A stretch of DNA of 64,000 nt. Source: Octopus vulgaris (taxonomy: Eukaryota). The stretch lies in assembly GCA_951406725.2 (NCBI GenBank), contig OX597819.1, positions 26,598,001 through 26,662,000 of the forward strand. Direction: 5' to 3'. Position 1 is the stretch's first letter. The number at the start of each line of letters is the position of its first letter. Under the pieces are notes generated by a model that did not search any database, was not told where the DNA came from, and saw only the letters and a program-made list of their open reading frames with translations. Both the position numbers and the translations under genes were made by a program. Shown in pieces: positions 27,791 through 44,043 of this stretch.

Positions 27791-30726
27791 AACAGTAAAA
27801 CTATACAAAGAGAAGCACAACCTCCGAAACATAATAAATACACATCTTTACCAAACAAGAACGGCTGAAAAGATCCAACAAGAAATCCTTCGAAGACATT
27901 CTAATGGTTTTTTGGGAAGGCGTTATTACCAACGTCGATGCTCAATATCTGTTAACACATTTTTCAATGGCTCAAAAACAGCAAGAAAGAAATAATCATA
28001 GAAAGACCACAATACAATTTATTATACTATTATTGGCGTATACAATTGATATTAACAACATTTTTTTTTGTAATAAAAGCTGTGTAATTATTCTTTTGTT
28101 CATCTTCATAATGTTCTGTATTCCACAATCGATTCTAGATCATAAGCGTAGTAAAACATAAGCGTACGATATATATCATTTATAAAGAACAAACGCTCGT
28201 ATATAATGGGCTTAGGGAATGATGTCGTGTAATTAAATGATGACCTAGAATAATCTCAACAGATATAATTCCGAGCAGAAAAATGCCTTCACTTCTATAC
28301 TAAAATGTTCACGTACTAAATAACAGATAAATAACCCCCACGCCTCTTTACATCAATGCATCCATAAAGATTCGTGCGCACGCGCCTATTTGTTTACTGT
28401 AGTCACAGCACACTAACATGTGAGTTTTGAATAAACTTAAATTTAAAGAATAAAGTAAAAAATTTAGTGTTTGGGGTAAACTAAGATACTAGTTATATCG
28501 CAGGTTTCCTCTCTTTGTGGTCTGAAAACTGAGAAAACTTTGAGAATGATCTTACTAGTTTTTGTTCTTCTTAGATCTTCGCCAGAGAAAGAATCTCGTA
28601 TTCTTTCCACGAAGGAAAATTTGTAGCTTACGTATATTTATGACTATAAACAAGGAGTCAGCTAAACTAGTTAATATAATTTGTACGTTCAAAATCTTAA
28701 TTAATTCTGGACTAGGCAGCGCTCTTCTACCGCATAAATTTCAATAAACATACAATTTTGGTAGTCACTACGAAGGTTTTTTCTTTGTTAGAATACAGGT
28801 AGTTACTGCAAGGTTTTCTTTTTTAGACTACAGAAAATAGAAAACCTGTTTGCTAGTGGTCTAAAATCGTACAATATATTTAGATCAATTCCTCATTTTC
28901 TGCCTAGGGAAGGATTGAAGCTGCAGTATAAACATGGTTTACTTTTTAACAACATCTTTAATATTGCACTTTTCAAACATGTTTACTTTACATTTCAACT
29001 TACGTATGTATGTATTATGTATGTATGCGTGTGTTTGTACTTGCACGTCATTGGTATATATGTGTTGAGGTGAATATAAGAAGACGACTGTACTTTGTTA
29101 AATATTCATGCGTTAGTACATATATAGTTCATAATATCATCCGTGAGAAATTTACAGTCTAAAACTGCTGTAAATTTGTTTTTTGTTGGCAATAAATAAC
29201 TTTGTGTGAAATAACATTTCCCAAAGCGGATGTGCGTGATTTTCAATTTATTTTCAACAAAAAGTGTTAAAAGTTATTTTCCTAATTGTTGCGTGTTACA
29301 GCTTCATGTTTATTTCCCTTCGAATTTGCAAGTTTAATGTTTTATTATTTTTTAAAATTTTTATTCTTATATATTTTTATACAAGATTTTTTAATGAGAT
29401 TTGTCTTTTGGTCACTGATCCAGATAATATTTCAGCCTGGTGAATAAATTGAATAAAAAAACAAAAAAAAAATATAAGTGCATTTTGTTAAATCACTTTT
29501 TAAACAACTAATAATAGTAATAATTTTACGTTGGATCTATCAAAAGAGAAAGTGTCATATAGCACGAATTACTTGTAATATCCTTCCTTCTCCGGAACTG
29601 TTAAGGTCGATATTGTTAAGAATATTTCTCACCCAATTGTATTAATAATTCATTTTCATGAGTGGAATATATCTGTTGATACAATGCCGCAGAAGAGAGA
29701 TGTACACGTAAGCTAGTATATAGAATATTAACTGATACATAAAATGCTTAAACACCATGCAGGTGTTACGTTCTGCATATTTTATAACTTAGACAGTAGG
29801 AAAATGTCGTACCCAATACTTCTTTGTAGTGCCTCCAAGACTAATGGGGGTAAGGGGATGAATAAACCACGATTCCTTGTTTAATTCAGTTTGAAACTGT
29901 GCATCATATATTGTGTTCTCTTCGCATGGAATTCCTCGAGATTCTCCCAGTTAATGAATCCCAAGGGCCATGCAGTGGCATAAAACCGAGTTACGTATTG
30001 ATTCTACAACTTGTGATGTTTATTACATTGAGTGTTATAGATGATTACCTACCTAACTACTAGATACACACACACACACGCACATATACACAATATTGCT
30101 TACATCTTGACAGGAGTTAATAATGTTCAATTTAGCTCTCCAATGAAAGTGGCCAGATATGTACATCTTAATGCTTTCCTAAGAGTGTGCGTCCTTATCT
30201 TACTTGTATTATCATCTTACATGTATTATTATCGTACATGCATTATCAGGGTATTATCGTGACTCTTACTTTTTTGATAATTGTACTTATTTTGTTAATA
30301 ACTTTTCATATTTAGATCCACGAATACCCTTTTCCCATATTGTATTTTGTCTACTTTATTGAATTCGTTGTGTCATCGCTGATATTAGCATATCATATAA
30401 ACTTTATAATGTTAACTTCTGGCTACAAATTCTGCTGAAGCCTGCTGTTACTACGCGGCCAAGATATATATTAAATAAACAGAATAAAAATGAGACTGAA
30501 CCAGATGCGTGTATAAACACAACAACCAGTTAATATTTGAAAGCCAAACATATCTGAAAAGCACCACTCATATACTAAAGTAACTCCAAATTTTACTGAT
30601 GCCTACTTTTATCCATTTTTCAACATTTCCATTCTCACCCAGATGGTCCTCAATTGACCTTTACTATTACACAACTATCCACTGCACCTTCCACTCTGTA
30701 TCGATTTTTTCATTAATCACCTTTCT

Positions 30727-30775
<49 letters not shown>

Positions 30776-31111
30776 ATCTCTATCTATATCTTTCTGTCAG
30801 CAGAGTATAATACCCTGAGAACCCTGTGATAACTGAGGAACATCAAGACAGGGAGGTATGTGTAGATACCACCAGACAATATGATGTAGATCACCTCTGC
30901 TTTAACCATATACCTGTAGAATGGAGCAAATTTAGACTAAAGGCTAACGGTTCATGATGCTGCCTTTATTTCTTGCCGTGCTGATACAACCGCATTTCCA
31001 AAATCCATGTCAGGAGGAACTCTCTGTGGAAACGAGTGTGACGTATCATCCCTGATACTTCCCACTAATAATTTATCTCCCTCTCTCTCACCCACTGTCT
31101 CAATCTCTTTT

Positions 31112-31164
<53 letters not shown>

Positions 31165-31239
31165 ATTCCGTCTGTGTGTGCAATATCAGACGAGAGATCA
31201 GAAATGTTCCTACACATCAGCTAGGGCTTCCATCAACAC

Positions 31240-32117
31240 TTCTTTCAAGGTTACATAGAAGCACTTCACACTCCTTGAAATCCAATTAGGGAAATTGTCA
31301 TACAACTGTCTCTTATCCCCATGGTGAAATGGGCAGGGGTTCTATCCTCTTGGAACTACCCAGGAAGGCCTTTACATAACCTATGTATTTGGATCAACTA
31401 GTCTCTCAATCTTACTAGTTATGTTACCATCAGAGAAAAACAGTTCCTACATATGAGATTTTCACTATATTCACCCTAAACAGCTGCATTCCTTGCTGTT
31501 TTGAAGGATCCATCCAGTAAGGATTGTTTTCGGGAGCAGCGCCAAATTTTTTGTTGGTTAAACTTACCGTTCTCGTATAACAAACCTTTCTCGCTGTACA
31601 ACACACAGTCTTCTGTGAAGCATTCCTTTACATCCAAGCAAATTTAGGTCACGCCTCCAAACATGTCAGGTTTATCCTCTGTTAAGTTGCGCAAGATCTA
31701 ATCTTGTACAGACGAAATTTTCCTTTTTGTTTTAAGATCTGTCTGGTGGATTTTCAGGGAATACTCAGTTCGCTGAAAGTTCTGCGAAGTGACATCTTGG
31801 GTCTATCATAAACTGTTATAGTGACGGCTTCATTGATTTCATGCGCTTCAGTTGATCGTTTGTTTCTTGGCTTATTTCTTTGAATTCCTTGACCACCTTC
31901 CTCAGTGTCATAAGTAAAAGACAATTAGGGTTTCCTGGAATGTTGAGCATTGAAAGTAAATGTCATCCGTCGATTAAAACCGACTCTCACGACCAGTGAG
32001 TAGTACCAATTCCATTATTTTTTTCTTCTCAAGACAAATTCCAATTCACTCTGCGGAAGAAAAAAAAAGTATATTAGTGATATTTCCCATGTATACTGGT
32101 TTTATGGACACCCTGTA
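31240..32117 (-). mobile_element. Decayed Tc1/mariner-superfamily element (DUF4817/rosa-like)
   Basis: TIR-like tacagggtgtccataaaa ending at 32117 (minus); remnants RQILKQKGKFRLYKI, LTEDKPD, DRTPAHF, FPNWISR. Confidence 0.6.
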
Positions 32118-32418
32118 CGTAAGTATATAAAAATCAAATTAAGCGAGAAAAGAAAAATACAATAAGCTCCGAATTAACTCCAATAGTTATTACAGTTGCG
32201 ACTAGTCTTGAGTTAGTTGAAAGATATTAAATTTCCTGTTTTGCTGTTAAGTTTTGCTATCATCACCAAGGCGATCACGTTAATATTATTTTCGTATCTA
32301 CCATTTGCGCTAACATCTTAATATGATACATACATACTTGTATGTATATATATATATATAAACATACAAGTATATATATATATATATATATAAGTATATA
32401 TATATAGTATATATATAT

Positions 32419-32562
<144 letters not shown>

Positions 32563-33089
32563 CAAAATAAGTATATAGCATGAACAGGATAAACTATACG
32601 TATTTTGCAGAAAAAATATGTCGGCGACCAGCCATGTGACAGGAGCTCACTCACATTCCTGTGAATACGCGTCAAGTGCTTGGTCCTTAAGCTAAACTGC
32701 CCGGCGACAAATTCTTCTGCAATTTTAGAATATATAAATCTAGCTTTATAAGAAGCTATCGGAAAGTTTGCTTTAGAAGCGTTGAGATGTATTGAAAGAT
32801 ACAGACAAGGAAATAAGTTTATTCTAAAATGCAGGTTATTGCTAATAATATAGCATGAACAGGATAAACCATCCATATTTTGCAGAAAAATCTGTTGGCG
32901 GCAAGATTATTTCCTTATCTATATCTTTTAATACATCTCAACGTTTCTAAGACAAACTTTGTTGACTTTCAACGTAAGTTGATTTTATTGCATATGTGTG
33001 TTGTTGTCTTTCTTGTTTTTGATGTTTATGCACTTTGCGGTAGGAGGGGACTGAGCAGCCATTTGATGAACCGTGCTCAATATATCGTG

Positions 33090-33463
33090 GCACTCCGCCG
33101 GTTTACGACGATGAGGGTGAGGGTTGCATTTGATCCGATGAAAGGAGCAGCCTGTTCGTGAAATTAACGTTAATTGGCTGACCACTCCACAAACATGTGT
33201 ACCCTTACCGTAGTTCTTTGGGAGATACAGCATAACACTGAGTGTGACAAGGCTGGCCCTTTGAAATACAGGTACAACAGAAACTGGAAGACTGAGAGAA
33301 ATTTGTGGAGAAAGAATACCGCAGGGTTCACCATCACCCCCCAGCTGTGGAGTTTTAGGTGTTTTCGCTCAATAAACACACACATTGCCCGGTCTGGAAA
33401 TCGAAACCGCGATCCTACAACCGCGAGTCCGCTGCCCTAACCACTGGGCCGTTGCGCCTTCAC
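33090..33463 (-). mobile_element. tRNA-derived SINE (family D)
   Basis: Homologous to 42942-43324 and 53228-53610; A-box tggcccagtggtt and B-box ggtttcgattcc in the family head. Confidence 0.85.
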
Positions 33464-33499
33464 GCTCAACATATAACTTAACTTGAAGACATATATTTC

Positions 33500-33790
33500 T
33501 TTCTCTTTTTAATACAGTTAGTGACATGAAGGACGGTCGTATCGGCCGATAGCAGATATTTTCAACGCCCCTCATCCTGGGAGAATTGAATTTGTCTTTA
33601 CCATCGGAGGGAAAATGGTTAAGAAATTCAAAGAAACGGGCAGTTTCTTGAACAAACATAGATATGGTCTAACAGCTGTAACGGATGAAAGCTCTCATGG
33701 CTAATGCTTATGCTAGACCAAATTTCACTTTGCAGGACATTCAAGGAGCCGGATGGAACCTTAGAAACCATCAGACAAATCTATAAAAAC
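33500..33790 (+). mobile_element. Tc1-like transposase N-terminal HTH fragment
   Basis: DIFNA-HPGRI...GKMVKKFKETGSFLNKHRYG resembles the KFKETGSVxDKxRSGRP motif. Confidence 0.55.
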
Positions 33791-34441
33791 AAGGGAGAAT
33801 TATGTTGCTTCTTCTAACATACATTTAAACCACTCCTGTACATGCTTCCATGTTTATTCGAACTGCATGTTTAAAATGTTACTTTAGACGAGAAAACCAT
33901 TTTTCTTTTATTTTATTAGCTTGACAGGTGAGATATATAAATGCCAAATTGAAATACGGGTACATATTCCATAATTTGAATAACAAGAAAAAAATGAGCA
34001 AATAAGTATAGCCCGATATGTCCTCTTCTCACCTAATACTTAATCAGAAACATATTTGCCCAAATATCGATTTGTAACATGACTAATATCAATATTTATG
34101 CATAGTATTATTTCACCAAACATTAAAAAATGCAAACAAGGGACATTTTCTCGACTGACGTGGTCAGTATTCTAATATATTCTTGCATACTAGCTATTAC
34201 GCCTGCGTATATATGAATGGAAATGTATCTGTATGTATATGCATTTGTGTATGATAGTGTGTGTCTGTGATGGAATTTTTTCTATAGCATTTCACATCTC
34301 TTCAAGTTGACATTTAAAAAAAAAAATTATCTTATTATCAAGCTCAGCATTTTAAAACATCGTTTTGATTCGAGTTGAATGTGCTATAGCCAAGTAACGT
34401 GTCGGAGACGAAAAGGCCTCAAGAATTTTGCAACTATAACT

Positions 34442-34670
34442 TACTCTCTCTCTTTACTCTTTTACTTGTTTCAGTCATTTGGCTGTGGCCCTGCTGGAGC
34501 ACCGCCTTTTAGTCGAGCAAATCGACCCCAAGACTTATTCTTTGTAAGCCTAGTATTTATTCTATCGGCCTCTTTTGCCGAATCGCTAAGTTACGGGGAC
34601 GTAGTCACACCAGCATCGGTTGTCAAGTGATGCTGGGGGGACAATCACAGACACACAAACATACACACAC

Positions 34671-34751
<81 letters not shown>

Positions 34752-34916
34752 TACGATGGGCTTCTTTCAGTTTCTGTCAACCAAATCCACCCAGAAGGCT
34801 TTGGTTAGCCCGAGGCTATAGTAGAAGACACTTGCCCAAGGTACCATGCAGTGGGACTGAACCCAGAGCCACGTGGTTCGTAAGCAAGCTACTTACCACA
34901 CAGCAACTCCTACACC
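34442..34916 (-). mobile_element. Family C SINE
   Basis: Reverse-complement match to 17243-17693 including the internal microsatellite. Confidence 0.9.
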
Positions 34917-37900
34917 TAAAATTGTTTAAAATTGATAGGTAATACTGTGGCATTTCATTTATGTCAGAAGGTTTTCATATACCAGAGCGAATGATCAAAC
35001 AAGCAATACAAAAATAAAAATAAATAACGAGATCTAACAGAAAAGATTAATTGTTGTTTTTTCTTCTACTGTTACCTTTTTAGTATGTTGAGGGAACTCC
35101 AGACTGGTGGAAGGGAAGAAGAAATAGAAATAGATCATCAAACAGGAGACCTGGCCCAAATGCTTTCAAAGTATAGACTCCTCTCACCTAAGATATTAGG
35201 TGGCGCAGTTAAACCAGAAATTACTTCATCTGCCATATAAAAGAGGCAGACTTATATATGTCACATGAGGGTATGGCAATTGTAGTACATAACGTGTAAA
35301 AGCATATATTTAACCCGAAGATTCAACATTCGTAAAATGGGTGACTCAAATACGAAATTAGGCATTAAATACGATGGATGTTAGCAATATCATGCGAAAG
35401 AGTTTTTCTCCTAATAAGGGTTGTGAGCAGGATACCACGGTTTATTATAAGATACATAACTGAAGATCTAAATACTGTATAACATCCTATGGAATTTCTT
35501 TAATATGTTTGATTTGGATATAAATAAGTAACAGCAACAACATTCACGTTGTGGATATTTTGGAGAAATGTTTGAAATATTCTATGGAGAGATATATAAG
35601 TGAATCCCTGCACCTCCGAACGTTTTAAGATATGTCCTGATAATTAATGCCAATTTTACACACACGATAATCCAGATTACTCTAGAAACAGAGAGGATAA
35701 TTGGCTGCAAGGATTTGACCGAATTAACGGCCACGACCACGGTTAATATACATTAAGTATTAACTGTTTAGCAAGGTATCACTTCTTGCGAATTCTAACG
35801 TTAACGCACTGTGATAGATCTTGAAGACGTAAATAAATATATGAAGCTGCATCCATCATATAAACCATTAAAACCTTGAAAGTAAGAGAAGTAAGCAACA
35901 CAAGTAACACAAGGCACTTCGAGGGATCTGTTACTGAAATTGTATTGATGCAGATATAATAAAGATCTTTCACGAAGATTTTTAACTAAGAACAAGAACA
36001 CAAATTTGTACATGACATGCCCCCCCCCCCCGCTTAGTACTCATTTTTACGAACATAGAGGTGAGAATTCTAAATTCAGTCTAGAAGGTATTTGAATCCA
36101 GAATACAAAAGTAAGTTACATATATTATACACCAGAACCCGAGCGCTTTTGCATCTTCACTTTCAATATCATTTTTAATTTTTATTTCTTGCAATTGGAG
36201 TTAGTCGTAAATTAGACTGACTTCAACTCAATGACATATGACTGGAATTAAAGTTAAGTATGGCCTTTTTAGTGATAAAAACAGGTTTTGCAAGATTTAA
36301 ATTTAAAAGAGATATAATTGTATAGGTTAGTAAATGAAAGTATTTCCATCTGCCACCGAACACGTCTTAATATCCGTTCCTAGTTCGGATTTCTTCAAGC
36401 CTTGCACAAGACTAACGTGAGTGTCAGCGAAGGAGCAATGGACAAGGGAGTTAACTCCGACAGTAAATCGATTGTTAAGTGAACTCGAAGATTACAGCTA
36501 TAATTTCACAAAAGCAAGGAATATATACGGTAGCTGTTACTGAGATTCCCTTAATTTACAAAAAGAATGAAAATATTTATTCATTCATTCATTCAACCAT
36601 TATCCATCGACACTGCGATATAATGTGTATCATTGTGTCTAAGTAAGAAATTAGTCTACGAATACCTTCTAATGATTAAAACCTAAACAAACTGCAACGG
36701 TCTCAACTCACGAGAAAAGAGATCAAATCTGATGTATAAATGCTCTGTATTGTATTCGTACGGGCACATAAAAAACGTAATTTATGTGATAACAAATGTC
36801 ATTTTTATGATCATTCTCAGGAATACAGAGCACTTGAACGCATCCCACCCAAAACCAAATCATCTTCCTGCATTACTTACCTCGAAATACATTATCTAAT
36901 ATCTCCTTTCGTTTTTAGGATGTTAGGGTGTAATTTATAGCAAATTTGCTTATCAGTTGAGCAACTGGGAAGCAAAACTCTCATTGCCTCATGATAATAC
37001 TGATTTACCGATTTGATTCGGCAACCGAGATTTCTGATCACTATAGTCGCTTTTGTAGATTGCTATGTGAATCCTATGGAACATTTTTTCTGGATTATGT
37101 CTAAGATAATATCGGTAATTCAATATTATCAAACGATAATTTGAGGACTTTAAGATGCGCGGGTACAATTGTAGTGAGATTTGACTGTTACTTTTAGCAA
37201 AGCAAACGAAGACTTAAGATGCTCGCTTCATGGTTCAGTATCACATTGTTGTTGTTGGCGTTGATTTACTGTTTTAACAGAGCAAACTCATAATCAAATC
37301 CTTCCTATAAGACAATAGGGAAGGATATAGGGCGAGATAAAATGATTTTACTATTATGACTCGCAATACGAGCAATCACAGAGAGGGTCACTTGTTTGCA
37401 ATCATTGAATGTCCTTAACGAAAACATCGCTTCTTTTTTTCTTGATAGCAGCTGTACTTTGTAAAAGAAACCTAGTTAGCACTGCTTTTAACATACATAC
37501 AAATCTATATTTACAATATCTTCATAGATTACATCTTGAAACACATATCATTAAACCCTCTGGCGAAATATATTGAAGTTGAAAATAAACAGTAGGCTCT
37601 TCTTGTTCAGGTGAACTATATAATAAAGATGATGGACTGAATTAAAAGATGCAGATGTAAATGTTGCCTGTAAAGAGGAAAGAAAGGCTCTTTTTTATAT
37701 AGAAAGGAAAACACCTACCGTGAATATTCTTAAAAGGGAAGCACTCTTCGATTACATATGCCATATGTTTATGTCCAAAAATGTATATATATTTATGTAT
37801 GAACATACACACACACACACATATACATACATACATATATATATATATCTTTTTGTGAGTATGTGTGAGTTAACGCGTATATTAATATATATTTCCGTAA

Positions 37901-37971
37901 GTAGTTGTATGTGCATATATAAATACAGACGCAGATACAAACATCAAATTATACGTATGCATCTATATGTA

Positions 37972-38006
<35 letters not shown>

Positions 38007-38083
38007 ATACACACACATGTAGAGATGGAGAGTATATAAAGATGAATATGAGTGTGAGTAGGAGCATACACATAAGCACATGC

Positions 38084-38130
<47 letters not shown>

Positions 38131-38977
38131 CTGATAATTCACATGTATTGTTTATATCAGCAAATATAAGGAAAAGTTACATTTTAGATTTTAATTTTAT
38201 GTGAAATACCGGACTTCGAAACTGAATATAAGAAGCACGCAAATCCATTGCAACGATGGCTGCTGAATAACTTTTCATTACCGCCTACACAGGTACGCAT
38301 TTACGTAGGTGTATAGAAACGACAATGTAGAAGAGTGAGGAACAGATTGACGTCAGGTGTCCATATTACTCTGGTAACAAAATCAACAATTACTAGTATA
38401 TTTAGATCGTTACGTTAGTGAAGGTTATCGTATAAAAGTGTCGTTTCACAAAAGAAACATGCGAAATGAATAGGCACTTTACATTATGCAGTCTTTAGAA
38501 TAAACTTAATAGGTTGATTAAGAAATATTTATGCTTAATATAGCTATGGACACACGTGTGTCCATCCTTGAATGAATAACTAGTTAATGGGAAAATAGAT
38601 GTATGTGTGTATATTGTATATGTGTCCACGGACATACAGGACCATTTGTGTGTGTGTGTGTGTTTAAATAAGTAGATAACTATGATTACATATATATTTA
38701 TGCAAGGTATGCAAGTTGATAAACGGAATATGCACACTTAACACCAATATTTCTATTTACATTTTGGTCATCTTGTCAGACATCCAGGCATATTTATCAA
38801 TGATGCGCTCATATATGTTGCCAAATACGTTGTTTAATAACCACCTGACTGTCTGCTAAGAAGATTGAAGGAATCGATTAACGTTTGGATACATTGTATA
38901 TTTTTTTCACACAATTTCTATATAGCTGTGTCACGAGATCTAGAATACTGTATTTACACAGTAATCGTTTGTATATA

Positions 38978-39337
38978 TACTCTCTTTACGCTTTACTCTT
39001 TTACTTGTTTCAGTCATTTGACTGTGGCCATGCTGGGGCACCGTCTTTAGTCAAGCAAATCAATCCCAGGACTTATTCTTTGTAAGCCTAGTACTTATTC
39101 TATCGGTCTCTCCTTCCGAACCGCTAAGTTACGGGAATATAAACACACCAGCATCAGTTGTCAAGCGATGTTGGGGGGACAAACACACACACATACATAT
39201 GTATGACGGACTTCTTTCAGCTTCTTCCACTCGCAAGTACAGTACAAGACACTTGCCAAAGGTGTCACGCAGTGGGACTGAACCCGGAACCATGTGGTTG
39301 GTAAGCAAACTATTTACCACACACCCACTCCTACACC
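38978..39337 (-). mobile_element. Family C SINE with internal deletion
   Basis: Reverse-complement match to 17243-17693; part of the body missing, short microsatellite. Confidence 0.85.
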
Positions 39338-39345
39338 AACAATGT

Positions 39346-39434
<89 letters not shown>

Positions 39435-40011
39435 AACATTGTTGCTATTATGCAAAAGTGTCGTAAGTCCAAAACATTGGTTTTGCAGAAAACGAAAAGA
39501 TAGTTACACCATTCCATAGCAAAACCGTTGTATTGCACTTTGACAATTTTTCATATGTTGGCATCTGAAGCAAAAATAGATATTGAAAAAAATGCCTTTG
39601 GCCAAATTTGGACATATGTATGTGCATATATATATGTACACTCAGGACAGTCAAGCTTGTCGACAACTACCAACAAACGTTTAGAATTACATTTATTTCT
39701 CTGTTAAAATGTATTGCATATATATATATAATGTTTTAGGTTGTAGCTCAAATACATACAAAAATACACACGTATATATACATAACCGCATGCCTGCACA
39801 CACGGACAGTATAACTAGATACTTAATCACAGCTTGTGAATAACCACGTGGACAACACTAGAAAGGACAAGGGGTGTTCGTAGAGATAGCGCAAACATTT
39901 CCGTTTGAAAATGTCAACATTTGGATGTTTTCTCACCGATGTTGACGCTATTTCCTTTGCTTTTCTTCTATGATACTATATCTCCTACAAGGAATTAAAT
40001 ATTTTACGAAA

Positions 40012-41450
<1,439 letters not shown>

Positions 41451-42635
41451 CTTCTTCGCAGATTTCAAACTAATATTCGTTTAACCCTGACTCGAATTAA
41501 ATAATCGTTAGGTTTAACGTGTTTCGCTCTTAGATATTTTTTCACACTTTGTAGTTGCTAGGCTGCTTCTTCAAAAGTTGGCAAGAATTATATTAGATGC
41601 CTCCATCTGACCTGGAGAGAGAAAAATGATACTTATGGGCAATTGTTAGTCTTTATCAAAATGTCTTGCACAAACCTTTACAGGCTTGCCCATACGTGCA
41701 AGTTTTGTCTCCCGAGGCCACGGACGTTTATCTAAGGAAAAGTCCTCTAGATTTGGCTGATAATGCTTGCTCAATTGTCATCGCAGACGTTGAGGACAGA
41801 ACTCAAATAGTTGAAACACATATCATACGCCATCTTGTATGTCCACTTAACAGTTTTGACAATTTGAAATAAGCCCTGCTTTAGTATATTTTTGCCCTTT
41901 TCCAAATGATGAATGCCAAAGTCGACCTCGCCTGGATTTTAACTCGGAGCATACAACGCTGGAAGATTATTGTTAAGCATTTTGACCTGTATGCTGACAA
42001 TTCTAATGCAACACAATACCACCTTAGAAATCTGTAATATTAGTTCCAGATGTTGCCTTCGGAATTCTTAAGTGTTGTAGCTTTGTTGATTACCTCGACT
42101 CCAGTACTCAACTGCTTCTTTATTCTATGTATCCCAAAAGGATGAAGACCCAAATTCACCTCGGTGCTACTTCAAATCGTGACGCAAAAAGAAAAAAAAA
42201 ACAGAAAGAAAGATGCTAAGCATTTTGTCCGATATGCTAAAGCACAAGTGGTCAGAACAAAAATATCTCGCGGCGTTTTATCCATCACTCTAGAGACTCT
42301 GGTAGTTTACCGCTTTCTATAATAGCACATGGTTATACGTGAAAGCGTATATTGATCAAGTACATTAAAATAGCTAATTCCCAAGATAACATTAAGCAGC
42401 ACAATTTAGCAAAACTGGAAATACTTTATTTAAGTATCTCTGTGACGGTTCGTAAAACGGAATCAACCAACTGACTCAGAATGATTAGAGATGGATATTC
42501 CCCAGCGTTTGGTTGAAGACCTTAACGTAAATGGCATATACACGATGCCTTCTAGCTCATAACTTCTAAAATAAAGCACCCACATATATTAATGTTATCA
42601 TTTTATTAAAGCATTTTTTTGCAGATATATATATT

Positions 42636-42712
<77 letters not shown>

Positions 42713-42794
42713 TGAGAATTTACAAAGGAAGACGACGACGAGTGTGTAAGCAACAAACAGATATATTAGTTTAACGCTGGGGGAGTGAGAAAGT

Positions 42795-42830
42795 CTTTTA
42801 CGTTTCGAGCCTACGCTCTTCGACAGAAAG
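42795..42830 (-). ncRNA. Minimal type I hammerhead-like motif with variant core
   Basis: CUUU CUGUCGA A GAGC-GUAG-GCUC GAAAC GUA AAAG: stems I and II pair perfectly; core has A6U. Confidence 0.5.
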
Positions 42831-42844
42831 GAACACTGAAATAA

Positions 42845-42892
<48 letters not shown>

Positions 42893-42941
42893 ATGTATAT
42901 ATATATGTATATGTATATATGTATATGTATATATAATACAC

Positions 42942-43324
42942 GTGGAGGCGCAATGGCCCAGTGGTTAGGGCAGCGGACTCGCGGTCATAGGATCGCGGTT
43001 TCGATTCCCAGACCGGGCGTTGTGAGTGTTTATTGAGCGAAGACACCTAAAGCTCCACGAGGCTCCGGTAGGGGATGGTGGTGATCCCTACTGTACTCTT
43101 TCACCACAACTTTCTCTCACTCTTACTTCCTGTTTCTGTTGTACCTGTATTTCAAAGGGCCGGCCTTGTCACTCTCTGTGTCACGCTGAATATCCCCGAG
43201 AACTACGTTAAGGGTACACGTGTCTGTGAAGTGCTCAGCCACTTACACGCTAATTTCACGAGCAGGCCGTTCCGTTGATTCGGATCAACCGGAACCCTCG
43301 TCGTCGTAACCGACGGAGTGCTTC
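42942..43324 (+). mobile_element. Family D SINE, full length
   Basis: tRNA-like head gtggaggcgcaatggcccagtggttagggcagcggac...ggtttcgattccc; closely matches 53228-53610. Confidence 0.9.
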
Positions 43325-43736
43325 TATATATATATAATACGTGTGTGTGAGTGTATGTATCGGTGTGGGATGATTAAAATGTAGGGTGTTGATAGAAAAC
43401 ATATTGCTCTCTATTACATTTTAGTGACTTCGATTTACGCTTGATCAGCTTTACTTTTCAAGCATCTCTGGCAACTCCAAAAGTATATTGCAAATAATTG
43501 AGATCGATATAATCGACTGAAATTTTCAAAGTGACCCTTCAGTACAGCCACAGACTTTCTAATTGAAATATCATTGAAGTACTAAAATAATTAAAAGCCT
43601 TTTGCCAGTTCCAGACACCCTCAGCAATAAATTTAACTTGACATTAGTTATGTAAGAAATTGATACAGTTTCTAGTTATGAAATAGTTAATGTGTACGTA
43701 TTTTCAAATACAATTTACACTGGTATAGGTAACATA

Positions 43737-44043
43737 GTGGAGGTGCAATGGCCCAGTGGTTAGGGCAGCGGACACGCGGTCGGAGGATCGTGGTTTCGAT
43801 TCCCAGACCGGGCAACGTGTGTGTTTATTGAGCGAAAACACCTAAGGCTCCACGAGGCTCCGGCAGGAGGTGGTGGCGAACCCTGTTGTACTCTTTCGCC
43901 CCAACTTTCTCTCACACTTTCTTCCTGTTCCATAAGTAACGCTGCGATGGACTGGCGCCCCGTCCAGCTGGGGGGGGAACACATACGCCACAGAAACCGG
44001 GAAACCGAGCCCATGAGCCTGGCTAGGCTTGAAAAGGACGCAT
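43737..44043 (+). mobile_element. SINE with family D head and V-domain-like 3' half
   Basis: Shares the first ~190 nt with family D, then ctgcgatggactggcgccccgtccag (V-SINE-type domain). Confidence 0.8.

Noticed and set aside
42942-43015. tRNA gene-like sequence
   Set aside because: It is the head of a multi-copy SINE and runs straight into the SINE body; no proper acceptor stem or terminator
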